A stretch of 64,000 nucleotides of DNA, taken from assembly GCA_037142615.1 (NCBI GenBank), contig JBAXAI010000001.1:352001-416000 (forward strand). The letters run 5' to 3'. The stretch comes from Spirochaetales bacterium. GTDB taxonomy: Bacteria; Spirochaetota; Spirochaetia; JABEVK01. The position numbers and the translations under genes were made by a program. Shown here piece after piece: positions 37,178 to 47,200 of the stretch. The notes under the pieces were generated by a model that did no database searches, was not told where the DNA came from, and was given only the letters and a program-made list of their open reading frames with translations. Within the stretch, counting starts at the first letter, position 1. Each line of letters starts with the position of its first letter.

Positions 37178-39247
37178 CTAGACGTCGACGATGCTGAGGT
37201 TGAGCCGACCCATCTTGTCGAGCTCGACAAGGCGTACTTTCACGGTCTGGCCCTCTTTGAGGATGTCGCTCACCGAGTTGACCCGTTCTTTCGACATCTT
37301 CGAGATGTGGCAAAGGCCTTCTTTGCCGGGCAGGATTTCGATGAACGCACCAAAGTCCATCAGGCGTTTGACCGTTCCGGTGTAAACCCGCCCAACTTCG
37401 GGGTCCTGCACCATACCACGGATCTTGGCTTCGGCGATCTCTGCGTTTTCGGCCTTTTTGCTGTAGATGGTGACGGTACCGTCGTTGTCGATGTTGATCT
37501 TTGCGCCGGTTTCCTCGCTGATGCCTTTGATGTTTTTTCCGCCGGGCCCGATGATCAGTCCAATCTTGTCAGGATCGACCTTCAACGTCAGGATCCGGGG
37601 GGCAAAAGAAGAAATCTGAGGTTTGGGAGTCGCCAAAACCTTGTTCATGATGCCCAGGATATGCATTCGGCCTTCTTTGGCTTGGCTCAGGGCTGTTGTC
37701 ATGATCTCGCGGGTCACGTTGGACACCTTGATGTCCATCTGGAACCCGGTGATTCCCTTTTCCGTGCCAGCGACTTTGAAGTCCATGTCGCCCAGATGAT
37801 CTTCCTCACCCAAAATGTCGGAAAGCACCTTGAACCGCTTGCCATCGGTGACCAAGCCCATCGCAATGCCTGCGACGGGACGCTTCATCGGTACCCCGGC
37901 CGCCAAAAGACTCAGCGAACCGCCGCAAACCGAAGCCATCGACGACGAGCCATTCGACTCAAGAACTTCAGAAACGACACGAACGGTATACGGGAAACTC
38001 GCGTAGTCGGGCAGAACGTTCTGAAGAGAACGCTGGGCCAAGTGTCCGTGGCCGATTTCGCGGCGGCCCGTCGACAAGCGGCCCGTTTCACCCACCGAGA
38101 ACGGGGGGAAGTTGTAATGCAGCATGAAGGTAGCGCGCTTGTCGCCATCGATGGTGTCCATGATCTGCTCGTCGAACACCGTACCGAGGGTCGATACAGC
38201 CAGAGCCTGGGTTTCACCGCGGGTGAACAGGGCCGAACCGTGGGTACGCGGCAGGAGGTCGATTTCACACGCGATGGGACGGATCTCGCTGGTGTTGCGA
38301 CCATCACAGCGAAGATTCTTCGCGAGAATGCTCTCGCGAAGGATGTCGCGTTCCATGTCGTCGATGAGGGCGCTGATCAGGCCCGTTTCGCCTTCCGGGA
38401 CCGAAGCGTCGAACTGGGCGTGCACTTCCTTGGCGACGGCCTTGATGGCGGCCACGCGCTCGAACTTGCCCTTGACGAAGCAGGCGGTTTCCATCTTGGC
38501 GGTGGCCCACTTTTCGATCTCGGGCTTGTTGGCCAGAGTCTTTTCGGCAAAGTTGGGCATGGGCAGCTTGGCCTTGCCGCAAAGCTTCACCAGTTCGTGC
38601 TGGATAGCGCAGAGCTGCTTGATGTAGCCCTCGGCCATTTCGATGGCGGCGAGCAGCATTTCCTCGGGAACTTCCTTGGCTCCGCCTTCCACCATCGTGA
38701 TCCCAGCTTCGGTGCCGGCAACGACGATTTCGCACTCCGACGCTTCGATCTCCTCAAAGGTCGGGTTGACGATGAGTTCACCCTTGACGCTGGCAATACG
38801 CACTGCCGCCACGGGGCCTTCAAACGGAATGTCGGAAATCGCGACTGCCGCAAAAGCGGCAATCATTCCCACCACGTCAGGAGGATTGATCTGGTCGGCC
38901 GAGATAGTGGTCGGCACCACTTGGATCTCACGGGCAAACTTCTTGTCGAACAAGGGCCTCATCGGGCGGTCGATCAGACGGGAGACCAGAATCTCCTTGT
39001 CGCGGGGACGGGCTTCGCGCTTGAGAAAGCCACCGGGAATCTTTCCGGCAGCGTAGTACTTCTCGTTGTATTCCACGGAGAGAGGAACGAAATCCAACCC
39101 TTCCGTCGGGCTCGAAGCACAGCAGACCGTGGCCAAGACAACCGAACCGCCGTAGGTGGCGTAAATCGCGCCGTTGGCTTGTTTGGCCATCTTTCCTGTT
39201 TCCAGGATGAGTTCTTCTTTGCCCAGTTTCAGGCGTACTTGATGCAT
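37178..39247 (-). CDS. pnp: Polyribonucleotide nucleotidyltransferase
   Basis: [35 protein letters not shown] and [13 protein letters not shown], plus KH and S1 domains. Confidence 0.99.
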   Translation of the reverse strand: MHQVRLKLGKEELILETGKMAKQANGAIYATYGGSVVLATVCCASSPTEGLDFVPLSVEYNEKYYAAGKIPGGFLKREARPRDKEILVSRLIDRPMRPLFDKKFAREIQVVPTTISADQINPPDVVGMIAAFAAVAISDIPFEGPVAAVRIASVKGELIVNPTFEEIEASECEIVVAGTEAGITMVEGGAKEVPEEMLLAAIEMAEGYIKQLCAIQHELVKLCGKAKLPMPNFAEKTLANKPEIEKWATAKMETACFVKGKFERVAAIKAVAKEVHAQFDASVPEGETGLISALIDDMERDILRESILAKNLRCDGRNTSEIRPIACEIDLLPRTHGSALFTRGETQALAVSTLGTVFDEQIMDTIDGDKRATFMLHYNFPPFSVGETGRLSTGRREIGHGHLAQRSLQNVLPDYASFPYTVRVVSEVLESNGSSSMASVCGGSLSLLAAGVPMKRPVAGIAMGLVTDGKRFKVLSDILGEEDHLGDMDFKVAGTEKGITGFQMDIKVSNVTREIMTTALSQAKEGRMHILGIMNKVLATPKPQISSFAPRILTLKVDPDKIGLIIGPGGKNIKGISEETGAKINIDNDGTVTIYSKKAENAEIAEAKIRGMVQDPEVGRVYTGTVKRLMDFGAFIEILPGKEGLCHISKMSKERVNSVSDILKEGQTVKVRLVELDKMGRLNLSIVDV

Positions 39248-39257
39248 GGGTTTTCCT

Positions 39258-39527
39258 TTACTTTCTCAGGCCCAGTTTCTCGATCAGGGCGCGGTAGCCA
39301 GCCAAGTTGGTGGTCTGCAAGTAGCGGAGCAACCGGCGGCGCTGGCCGACGAGCTGAAGCAACCCTCGACGACTATTGTGGTCCTTCTTCGAAATCTTGA
39401 AGTGCTCGGTCAGATACTGGATCCGTGCAGTGATCAGCGCGATTTGGACTTCGGTCGAACCGGTGTTGGCGGCGGCGCCGCCGAAATCGGCGACAATTTT
39501 CGCCTTTTCTTCTTTACTAAGTGCCAT
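39258..39527 (-). CDS. rpsO: 30S ribosomal protein S15
   Basis: [30 protein letters not shown] and LGLRK; SD AAGGAG. Confidence 0.99.
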   Translation of the reverse strand: MALSKEEKAKIVADFGGAAANTGSTEVQIALITARIQYLTEHFKISKKDHNSRRGLLQLVGQRRRLLRYLQTTNLAGYRALIEKLGLRK

Positions 39528-40308
39528 TCTGTACTCCTTGTACAAAAACAATGTGCTCCAAACGTTCTCCCGGGGGAGACTCCCAGGTCAGGTCAGTTTC
39601 ATTGACCGTCAAAAGCGTCGTTCGATCGTTGAGCCGACACTGGTAGAGACCGTTGGCCGGAACCAAGGTCTCGAACTCGTTCTTCGGGGCCCGCAAAAGG
39701 GTACCCAAACGTCGGTGGCTGGTCACCGGCAGATCATATTCCCGGCCGAGCAACTGGTTGGCCAAGAAAATATCGCCACTTGCCAGCGCCCTCCGAATGC
39801 GAGAACTGCTCACGGCCTCTCCGGCAACGACAAACGGTGGAACCACCGTCAGTCGGGTCTGAGGGTCCGCCAGCCAACCGAGATCCGAAGCCGTTGTCCC
39901 AGAACCACTCCCAAAGGAAAAGTTCCAGCCCAGAACCAGCTTGCTGAACACGATAGACTTCTTCAGGACAAGGAAAAAATCCCTCCCGGCCATCTTACCG
40001 AAATCCGCTGAAAAGTCAATTGCGACAACGACTTCGACACCGAGTGCCTCAAGGGTGGCCAGCTTTCTTTCCCAGGTCATGAGATCGCCTGGATACTGGA
40101 GTTGGAGCACTTTCTTGGGGCTGGTCCGGAAGGTGATGACAAGAGGTCTTGCGTCCGGATACAGCGGGTTGTCGCGCACCTGCAACAAGTCCACCAGCGA
40201 CCGGTGACCGAGGTGCAGACCATCGAAGACCCCGATCGTCGCGTTCCACGCCCCCGCCAGAACGTCGGTTCGACCAGTCAGCAGGTCCTGCCATTCGAGA
40301 ACTCTCAC
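39517..40308 (-). CDS. ribF: FAD synthetase (RibF-like) with degenerate riboflavin-kinase domain
   Basis: [11 protein letters not shown] and VSSSRIR..L..G...AN.LLGR; the short C-terminus lacks G.PTAN; lies between truB and rpsO. Confidence 0.85.
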   Translation of the reverse strand: MRVLEWQDLLTGRTDVLAGAWNATIGVFDGLHLGHRSLVDLLQVRDNPLYPDARPLVITFRTSPKKVLQLQYPGDLMTWERKLATLEALGVEVVVAIDFSADFGKMAGRDFFLVLKKSIVFSKLVLGWNFSFGSGSGTTASDLGWLADPQTRLTVVPPFVVAGEAVSSSRIRRALASGDIFLANQLLGREYDLPVTSHRRLGTLLRAPKNEFETLVPANGLYQCRLNDRTTLLTVNETDLTWESPPGERLEHIVFVQGVQNGT

Positions 40309-41177
40309 GGGAGCGCCGCCTGAACGAAAACATAGGACCAACGCCCCGCGCGACGTTCCACCACGGCACCCAAACGACCGGCCGAGTCCACCAAGGCCGC
40401 TCTCTCCTGCGGTAGGTCCATCAGTTCTGAGGACTGCCTCAACGGATCAAGACCTCTGCTGACTCCGTCCAGGTCGCGAACTTCCAGCAACGGAATATCG
40501 AGAATCTTCAGGGTTTCGTGCTCGTCCATAAAAACCTGCGGTTGCTCGGGCAAGGAGAAGGGACCAACACGATGGCGGATCAACCGGCTCACGAAGGCAC
40601 CGCATCCCGCCAATCTACCCCAGTCCCTCGCCAACGAACGGATGTAGGTACCCTTAGAGCAATGCACCCGAAGCGTCAGCACGGGGTTGGCCCAGCGAAC
40701 GACGTCGAGTTCGTGCACAGTGATCGCTCGAGGGGGAATTTCCGGGCTCTCGCCGTCGCGAACTCTCTGGTAGGCGCGTTTTCCGTCGATGTGGACCGCG
40801 CTATATTGAGGAGGCACCTGATTCAACACACCCCGGAACTGGTTAGCATACGAAAGAAGCGATTCCAAGGGTGGAACAGGCCCTTCTGAGACCGTCGTGC
40901 CTTCGGGATCCAGGGTTGTTGTTTCCCTGCCGAAGGTAAAATCCGCCTCGTAGACTTTGTCAAAATCGGTGAAGAACGGTGTGAACTTGGTGAACTTCCC
41001 CGTCAAGACAACCAAAAGTCCCTGGGCGAACTGGTCCAAGGTCCCGGTGTGACCCAAGACCGTTCCATATTCCCGTTTCAGGGGATAGAGCGCCTGAAAC
41101 GAAGTGACTCCGGGCCGCTTGTTCAGCAGGATCATCCCGTTGGGAGTCGGCCTCTTGTCAGGAACGGTTGGCCTCAT
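40305..41177 (-). CDS. truB: tRNA pseudouridine(55) synthase
   Basis: LNKRPG.TS, GHTGTLD, QVPP.YSAV.IDGKRAY and CSKGTYIRSLARD.G. Confidence 0.96.
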   Translation of the reverse strand: MRPTVPDKRPTPNGMILLNKRPGVTSFQALYPLKREYGTVLGHTGTLDQFAQGLLVVLTGKFTKFTPFFTDFDKVYEADFTFGRETTTLDPEGTTVSEGPVPPLESLLSYANQFRGVLNQVPPQYSAVHIDGKRAYQRVRDGESPEIPPRAITVHELDVVRWANPVLTLRVHCSKGTYIRSLARDWGRLAGCGAFVSRLIRHRVGPFSLPEQPQVFMDEHETLKILDIPLLEVRDLDGVSRGLDPLRQSSELMDLPQERAALVDSAGRLGAVVERRAGRWSYVFVQAALP

Positions 41178-41508
41178 CGATCAGTCGGTTGAGCTCCATC
41201 GACTTTTGAATGGAGTCATCGACAAAGAAGGCCAGTCGAGGCGTCGACCGCATGGCGAGCTTTTTGCCCAGGGTGCCTTGGATGAACCCCGACGCATGAT
41301 TCAAGGCCTCCACGGCCTTCTCGACCGTGGAATCCTTTTGGAACGAACTGACATACACTTTGGCCTGACTGAGGTCGTTGCTGACTTTGACCAGGTTGAT
41401 GGAAAGAAATGTGCTCACCCGGGGGTCTTTGATCTCCTGAGTCAGAATCATCTGGCTCAGAATCCCCTGGATGAGACTTTCCACTTTCTTTGTGCGAACC
41501 TCTTTCAT
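41158..41508 (-). CDS. rbfA: Ribosome-binding factor A
   Basis: IKDPR, V.VS.DLS.AKVYVS and TP.L.F..D.S; follows infB. Confidence 0.96.
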   Translation of the reverse strand: MKEVRTKKVESLIQGILSQMILTQEIKDPRVSTFLSINLVKVSNDLSQAKVYVSSFQKDSTVEKAVEALNHASGFIQGTLGKKLAMRSTPRLAFFVDDSIQKSMELNRLIDEANRS

Positions 41509-41511
41509 CCG

Positions 41512-44409
41512 TTACCTGGCGTCGGCCGACTTGGACTCCGCAGGCTTCTTCTTTGCCTCAGCAGCCAGAGTCTCGGCAATGGTAGGGCCAAGCTTCTTCG
41601 CAATCTTGGTCTGCTCCACAACTTCAAAAATGTCCCCCACCCGCACATCGGTGTAATTGTCGACACTGACACCACACTCGAAGCCTTCCACGACTTCCTT
41701 GGCATCATCCTTGAACCTTCGGAGCGAGGCCACCTTTCCGGTGTAAATCTGAACGCTGTCACGCAGAACGTTGACAATCGACGTTCGCTTGATCTTACCA
41801 GAGGTGACCATACAACCGGCAACCAGACCGATCTTGGGCACCTTGATCGTATCGCGGACTTCGACTTGACCGATGACTTCTTCCTTGACTTCGGGAGCCA
41901 ACATCCCTTCCATGGCGCTGCGAATGTCTTCCACGCAGTCATAGATGATGTTGTACTTGCGGATCTCAACCTTTTCGCGTTCCGAGAGTTGCAAGGCCTT
42001 GGGCGTCGGGCGGACGTGGAAGCCGATGATGATGGCCTGAGAGGCCATCGCCAGCGTCACGTCGTGTTCGATGATGGCACCAGCCGAAGCATGGATCACG
42101 TTCACGCGGATCTCCATGGTCGACAGCTTCTCGAGGGCGGCCTGCAGGGCCTCCACCGAACCGTGCACGTCACCCTTGATGATGACCTTGATTTCCTGCA
42201 CCTCACCGGCCTTGATGGTCGTATAGAGGTTGGCCAAAGTGACCTTCTTGACGTTGCGTGCTTCTTCAAACTTGCTGAGGTCCTGACGTTTCTCGCTGAT
42301 TTCACGCGAGGTTCGCTCATCTTCGGTGACGTTGAACGGATCGCCTGCGCCCGGAATACCGTTGAAGCCGAGAATCTCAACCGGCATCGAGGGCCCGGCT
42401 TCCTTGACCGGCTTGCCGCGGTCGTCAAACATGGCCCTTACCTTGCCAGGGAACACGCCACCGACAAAATAGTCACCAACCTTGAGTACACCTTTCTGCA
42501 CCAGCACCGAGGCCACTACGCCGCGGCCCTGATCGATCTTCGACTCGATCACCTTGCCCTCTGCCCGGCGTTTGCGGCTGGCTGTCAGTTCCATGACTTC
42601 TGCCTGAAGCAAGATCGCGTCGAGGAGTTCATCCAGACCGAGGCGTTTGAGCGCCGAAATCTGGCAGTACATGGTCGAACCACCCCAAGCTTCGGGAATC
42701 AGTCCGTAGTCAGAAAGCTGCTGCATCACCTTGTCGGGATTCGCCTCGGGAAGGTCGACCTTGTTGATCGCGACGATGATGGGAACCTTGGCGTCTTTGG
42801 CGTGATTGATGGCTTCAACCGTTTGAGGCATCACGCCGTCGTTAGCTGCGACGACCAGAACGACGATATCCGTGATCTGAGCACCGCGCGCTCTCATCAG
42901 AGTAAACGCTTCGTGACCAGGGGTATCCAAGAAGGTGACTTCTCCCTTCTCGTGCGAAACCCGGTAGGCACCGATGTGTTGGGTGATTCCGCCGTGCTCG
43001 CCTCCCGCCACGTTCGTAGTGCGGATGGAGTCGAGGAGTTTCGTCTTCCCGTGGTCGACGTGGCCCATGATGGTCACGATGGGCGGACGGTGAACAAGGT
43101 CTTCGGCATCGTCAGTTTCGGTCTCGATAACGGTTTCATCGTACAACGAAACGATCTTGACCTCGGTTCCGTACTCCGAGGCGAGAATCTGGGCCGTCTC
43201 GGCATCGATCTGCTCGTTGATCGTCACCATCATTCCCATGGCCATGAGTTTACCGATCAGAGTCGAGGCTTTGAGGTTCATCTTTCGGGCCAATTCGGCA
43301 ACCGTGATGACTTCCATGATCTCGACTTCTTTGGGAACAGGATTCGCCTTGGCCTGTTGCTTCTTCATGAACTGGTAGGCTTTGTCGAGCTGCTCTTTCT
43401 CTTTGTCGCGAATGTAGTTCTTTTCTTTCTTGGAGCGGAATTTCTTCGGCTGGCTACCCTTGGTCAGATCGACCGGAGGAGGAGTTCCCGGACCGCCGGG
43501 ACGCGGGCCGTAGCCGGGACCGCCGGGACGCGGACCATAGCCGGGACCACCAGGACGCGGACCATAGCCGGGACCACCTGGACGGGGGCCGAAACCGGGA
43601 CCGCCGGGACGCGGACCATAGCCAGGACCACCCTGACCCTGAGGACGAGGACCGTAATTGTTTCCTTGGTAGCCCTGACCTGGAGGCCGGTCACCATAGG
43701 GTCGAGGAGGACCGCCTGGAGCTCCGGGACCCTGAGGACGGGGACCATAATTATTGCCTTGGTAGCCTTGACCCGGTGGCCGATCGCCAGGACCGGAACC
43801 CCAGCGGTTGGGAGGACGGTCGCCGTAAGGACGAGGTGCACCCGGTGCGCCTTGTCCTTGACCTTGAGGCCGGTCACCCCAGCGGGGGGGAGGTCGGTCC
43901 CCGGGGTTGCCACCGGGACCGATGGGGCTGGGACCCTGGGGACGAGGCTCGCCCCACCGGTTGGCGGGCCGGTCGCCATAAGGAGGCCGGGGGCCCTGTT
44001 CGCGGGGTGGACGTCCACTCTCTATCCTGAGCCCTTCGGGCTTGGGGCGATTGACGTCGGGCTGTACGTGACGCATTTCCTGAGGACGCTTGGCGGCGAA
44101 CTCAGCGACCTTCTGCGCCGTCAGTCGGGACTCGGGCGACACGAGACGGTCACCTGGTTTGACGGCGGGAGCTGACGAAGGCTCCTTGGCCGTGGGAATT
44201 GCGGGAACCGAGGGAGCCGCAGCGGCGGGGGAAGCTTCGTCGCGATGGACGGCAACCACTTTCTTGACCACCGTCTTCTTCTTGACGACGACGACGGCCT
44301 TGCGCTTTTCGCTGTCCGAAACCGCTTCGGGAGCCGCAGCAGATACGGAAGGCTTTTCGTGCTTAATGAGAGTGGCCTTGGGCTTCTTGTTTTCCAATTC
44401 GTCAGACAT
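41512..44409 (-). CDS. infB: Translation initiation factor IF-2
   Basis: [37 protein letters not shown] and [11 protein letters not shown]. Confidence 0.99.
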   Translation of the reverse strand: MSDELENKKPKATLIKHEKPSVSAAAPEAVSDSEKRKAVVVVKKKTVVKKVVAVHRDEASPAAAAPSVPAIPTAKEPSSAPAVKPGDRLVSPESRLTAQKVAEFAAKRPQEMRHVQPDVNRPKPEGLRIESGRPPREQGPRPPYGDRPANRWGEPRPQGPSPIGPGGNPGDRPPPRWGDRPQGQGQGAPGAPRPYGDRPPNRWGSGPGDRPPGQGYQGNNYGPRPQGPGAPGGPPRPYGDRPPGQGYQGNNYGPRPQGQGGPGYGPRPGGPGFGPRPGGPGYGPRPGGPGYGPRPGGPGYGPRPGGPGTPPPVDLTKGSQPKKFRSKKEKNYIRDKEKEQLDKAYQFMKKQQAKANPVPKEVEIMEVITVAELARKMNLKASTLIGKLMAMGMMVTINEQIDAETAQILASEYGTEVKIVSLYDETVIETETDDAEDLVHRPPIVTIMGHVDHGKTKLLDSIRTTNVAGGEHGGITQHIGAYRVSHEKGEVTFLDTPGHEAFTLMRARGAQITDIVVLVVAANDGVMPQTVEAINHAKDAKVPIIVAINKVDLPEANPDKVMQQLSDYGLIPEAWGGSTMYCQISALKRLGLDELLDAILLQAEVMELTASRKRRAEGKVIESKIDQGRGVVASVLVQKGVLKVGDYFVGGVFPGKVRAMFDDRGKPVKEAGPSMPVEILGFNGIPGAGDPFNVTEDERTSREISEKRQDLSKFEEARNVKKVTLANLYTTIKAGEVQEIKVIIKGDVHGSVEALQAALEKLSTMEIRVNVIHASAGAIIEHDVTLAMASQAIIIGFHVRPTPKALQLSEREKVEIRKYNIIYDCVEDIRSAMEGMLAPEVKEEVIGQVEVRDTIKVPKIGLVAGCMVTSGKIKRTSIVNVLRDSVQIYTGKVASLRRFKDDAKEVVEGFECGVSVDNYTDVRVGDIFEVVEQTKIAKKLGPTIAETLAAEAKKKPAESKSADAR
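43487..43632. repeat. 27-bp coding tandem repeat (about 5.4 copies; GGPG[Y/F]GPRP) in infB
   Basis: Units of type CCGGGACCGCCGGGACGCGGACCATAG start at 43487, 43514, 43541, 43568 and 43595; differences are mostly at synonymous positions. Confidence 0.9.
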
Positions 44410-44415
44410 AATCTG

Positions 44416-45897
44416 TTATTTTTCCTCGGTTTCCTCTTCCTCAATCTCAAAACTCAAGCCGACTTTGCAGTTGGGACACTGGGTCATGTTGATCTGGACG
44501 GGGTGCCCACATTCGGGGCATTCGAACTCTTCCTCGTATTCTACCGCATCTTCGTTTGAATAATCAATGGACGGGTCCGCAGCCTCTTCCTCAACAACCT
44601 CGACATTTTCCTCGATCGCCTTCATCAGGTTGTCCACATCAGAGGCGGTGATCCCATCGATTTTGCCAAGGTCTTCCCTGCTCAAATTGACCAGCGACTC
44701 GATCAGGATAATGCCATGCTCACCGAGAATCCCGACCACACGCTCTGACACTCCTTCCAGCTCGGAAATGCTGGTGATGACAGAACCGTCGCCCTCGTCT
44801 TCGTCGCGGAACAAGCCGTGGGCCGCTTCGCGGGCGCCCCGGTTGATATCCATTTCCTCAAACTGCTCCAAAGTCTTGACGTCAATGCTCCAATCGCAAA
44901 GTCGGTTCGCCAGCTTGACGTTCAGTCCCTGTTTACCGATAGCGAGCGACAACTGACTCTCTGGCACCACAGCCAAGGCCTGCTTGCGCGCCTCATCCAG
45001 AATGACAATCTGGCTGACTTCGGCCGGCGAAAGCGCATTGCGAATGAAGGTTTTGGGGTCCGGATCGTACTTGAGCACGTCGATGCGCTCGCCTTCGAGT
45101 TCCTTCATCACGGCTTGGATACGAACCCCGCGCAGGCCGACGCAAGCCCCGATCGGATCGACCTCCTCCTTGACGGAGCGGACCGCGATCTTTGTGCGGT
45201 AGCCCGCCTCACGGACAATCTTGTGAATCAAAATGGTCTTTTCGTAGATTTCAGGAACTTCTAGTTCAAAAAGTTTCTCGACGAACTTCGGGTCGCGGCG
45301 TGTGAGCACCACCTGAAGTCCACCCGGGGTTTTGCGCACCTCGCTGATCATGCTCTTGATTCGGCTTCCGGGCGCATAGGTTTCGCGAGGAGACTGATTT
45401 TTTCGAGGCAGAATCCCTTCGGTGCGGCCCAAGTCAACGTAGATATTGCCGTTGCGCTCGCGTTGGTAGTACCCGATGATGACTTCGTTTTCTTTGCCGG
45501 AATACTCGGAGAACAGTGTGTCTTTTTGAATGTCGCGCAGGTACTGTTTGGCTTTCTGTTTGGCGGTGTGCACCGAAGAACGGTCAAACTCCTTGGGGTC
45601 GATTTCCAGCAGGATTTCGTCGCCCACGCTGGCCTCTTCATTCAAGGCCTTGGCGTCTTTGAGTTCGATCTCGCCGACCGGGTCGTAGAGGTCGTCGTCA
45701 TCGACGATGACCTTCTTGGCGGAAATGGACACGTTGTTGCCGTCTTCACCGAACTTGATGACGGCATTGTCACTGGTACCGAACGTCTTCTTGTACGCGG
45801 CGAGAAGGAACTCCTCGACGACTTTTTGGACCAGTTCGCTTGAGATCCCCTTGTCCTGGGTAATTTGCCGGATGGAATCAGAAAATTCAGAGTTCAC
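44416..45897 (-). CDS. nusA: Transcription termination factor NusA with C-terminal HhH-like and Zn-ribbon extension
   Basis: S1 and KH motifs (REAG.RTKIAV, DPIGACVG.RG.RI, SLAIGK.G.NV.LA); tail CPECG...CPNC. Confidence 0.98.
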   Translation of the reverse strand: MNSEFSDSIRQITQDKGISSELVQKVVEEFLLAAYKKTFGTSDNAVIKFGEDGNNVSISAKKVIVDDDDLYDPVGEIELKDAKALNEEASVGDEILLEIDPKEFDRSSVHTAKQKAKQYLRDIQKDTLFSEYSGKENEVIIGYYQRERNGNIYVDLGRTEGILPRKNQSPRETYAPGSRIKSMISEVRKTPGGLQVVLTRRDPKFVEKLFELEVPEIYEKTILIHKIVREAGYRTKIAVRSVKEEVDPIGACVGLRGVRIQAVMKELEGERIDVLKYDPDPKTFIRNALSPAEVSQIVILDEARKQALAVVPESQLSLAIGKQGLNVKLANRLCDWSIDVKTLEQFEEMDINRGAREAAHGLFRDEDEGDGSVITSISELEGVSERVVGILGEHGIILIESLVNLSREDLGKIDGITASDVDNLMKAIEENVEVVEEEAADPSIDYSNEDAVEYEEEFECPECGHPVQINMTQCPNCKVGLSFEIEEEETEEK

Positions 45898-45910
45898 GTG
45901 GGCCCCTTCC

Positions 45911-46360
45911 TTACGAGATGTCGTTCAGTTTTGCTTTGTGGATTTCGGCCTTGAGAACCGTTTTCGGTCCGGCCGCAGTCTGGAACACCAGACTGTCGGT
46001 GGTGACGCTGTCCCACGAACCGGTTTCCCAGTCCTTGCCCCCCGCCAGATAGAGCTTAGCCTTCTTCCCACTGTATAAGTCCAGTTCGCGCAGGTACTTA
46101 AGATTCCGATCCAGACCAGGCGACCCAACCTCTACCGAAAGGTCTTCCGTTCCCAGAAGCGTCACCAGCCGGGGGATCAGCATTCGGTGGGCCTTGGAAC
46201 ACTCGTCGATACCCAGCCCGTTGGCTGAGTGCAACACGATCTGCACCTGAGCCGTGCCATTCTTGGTCCTGTGCGAGAGTTCGACAAGATTGAGTCCCAA
46301 AGTCTTAATAAATGCATCAAGGTCACGGAAAACCGGATCCTCGGGGTCAGCCATCAGCAT
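45911..46360 (-). CDS. rimP: Ribosome maturation factor RimP
   Basis: G.GIDEC and VEVGSPGLDR.L; first gene before nusA-infB. Confidence 0.93.
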   Translation of the reverse strand: MLMADPEDPVFRDLDAFIKTLGLNLVELSHRTKNGTAQVQIVLHSANGLGIDECSKAHRMLIPRLVTLLGTEDLSVEVGSPGLDRNLKYLRELDLYSGKKAKLYLAGGKDWETGSWDSVTTDSLVFQTAAGPKTVLKAEIHKAKLNDIS

Positions 46361-46371
46361 GGGTTCACCAT

Positions 46372-46399
46372 AAAAAAAAGAGCCGTTTCCGACTCTTTT
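46372..46399 (-). terminator. Leader (attenuator-type) intrinsic terminator upstream of rimP
   Basis: Minus strand AAAAGAGTCG-GAAA-CGGCTC-T8, between the promoter and the rimP ATG. Confidence 0.8.
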
Positions 46400-46424
46400 G
46401 ATAGTAGAGATCTAAACTAAGCTG

Positions 46425-46453
46425 AGCATACCCATCACCACCATGCCTGTCAA
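46425..46453 (-). promoter_or_regulatory. sigma70 promoter of rimP-nusA-infB operon
   Basis: Minus strand TTGACA-N17-TATGCT. Confidence 0.8.
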
Positions 46454-46477
46454 GTTGCCCGGAAAGCCACAATTCGT

Positions 46478-47167
46478 TCAGTGGAGGCACAGGCATAGCA
46501 CGCGGACCTCGAGGACACCTGCCGCAAGGAGTTCCTTCGCGCAGGCTTCGACGGTCGATCCGGTGGTGACGACGTCGTCGAGCAGCCAGATCAAAGGCAG
46601 GCCTGCAAGACGACGGTGCGAGCCGTAGCGCAGGACAAAGGACTTAGAGGCATTTTCGATGCGCTGGGCACGCCCCAGCGATTTTTGGCTTGCCGTCGGA
46701 CGGCGCCGCAGAACGTTGAGCACGGGAAGCTTGGTCTGCCGTGACAAGGCCCGAGCCCACGAACCGACCGGGTCCCATCCCCTTTCGCGGTAATGCTGAG
46801 GGTGAAAAGGAACTGGAACCAAGGGAGCCTCCAAGTCCACCAGCGACGCAGCCAGCCGAGCCCACCAGGAAGCCAGCGCTGTGCGACCCCGGCCCTTGTA
46901 CGCACGGAGCAACTCTCCTGCGGCACTTTGATAAGGAACCAGGCCGTCCAGAGTCTGAAACGACCAGTTCCGGCGGGCGCAGTCGGCACAGAGCTCCAGT
47001 TCGCCCAGAAGGATTTGTCGACATAGGCGGCAGTTGCCCGCCGGCGGCTGGGGCTCACCAGAGAAGAAACGTGCCCAACACGACCGGCACAGGCCGCCTG
47101 TTTCATCGAAACCAGCCTCGGGGACGCCATCGCAGACAGGGCAACGAAGGGACGATAGAAGTTTCAT
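46478..47167 (-). CDS. comF: ComF family protein (double zinc ribbon + PRTase-like)
   Basis: CPVC/CRSC/CRLC/CADC, VPVP.H...RERG and LLDDVVTTGST. Confidence 0.9.
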   Translation of the reverse strand: MKLLSSLRCPVCDGVPEAGFDETGGLCRSCWARFFSGEPQPPAGNCRLCRQILLGELELCADCARRNWSFQTLDGLVPYQSAAGELLRAYKGRGRTALASWWARLAASLVDLEAPLVPVPFHPQHYRERGWDPVGSWARALSRQTKLPVLNVLRRRPTASQKSLGRAQRIENASKSFVLRYGSHRRLAGLPLIWLLDDVVTTGSTVEACAKELLAAGVLEVRVLCLCLH

Positions 47168-47200
47168 GCCTTCCCAGACGGGATCCGGAAGGATCCTGCT

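Noticed and set aside
36890-39400. 836-aa ORF antisense to pnp, and similar shadows over recA, rpsA, tamB and greA
   Set aside because: Same antisense-frame artefact; each fully overlaps a confident gene.
39560-39585. Small hairpin upstream of rpsO as an S15 autoregulatory leader
   Set aside because: Only a 5-bp stem inside the ribF coding region; cannot be matched to a known S15 leader by eye.
43487-43632. Tandem repeats considered as a CRISPR array
   Set aside because: No unique spacers, the period is a multiple of 3 within infB, and no cas genes are present.
41104-44175. 1023-aa plus-strand ORF antisense to infB/rbfA
   Set aside because: Mirror-frame ORF produced by codon bias of a highly expressed GC-rich gene; no recognisable motifs.
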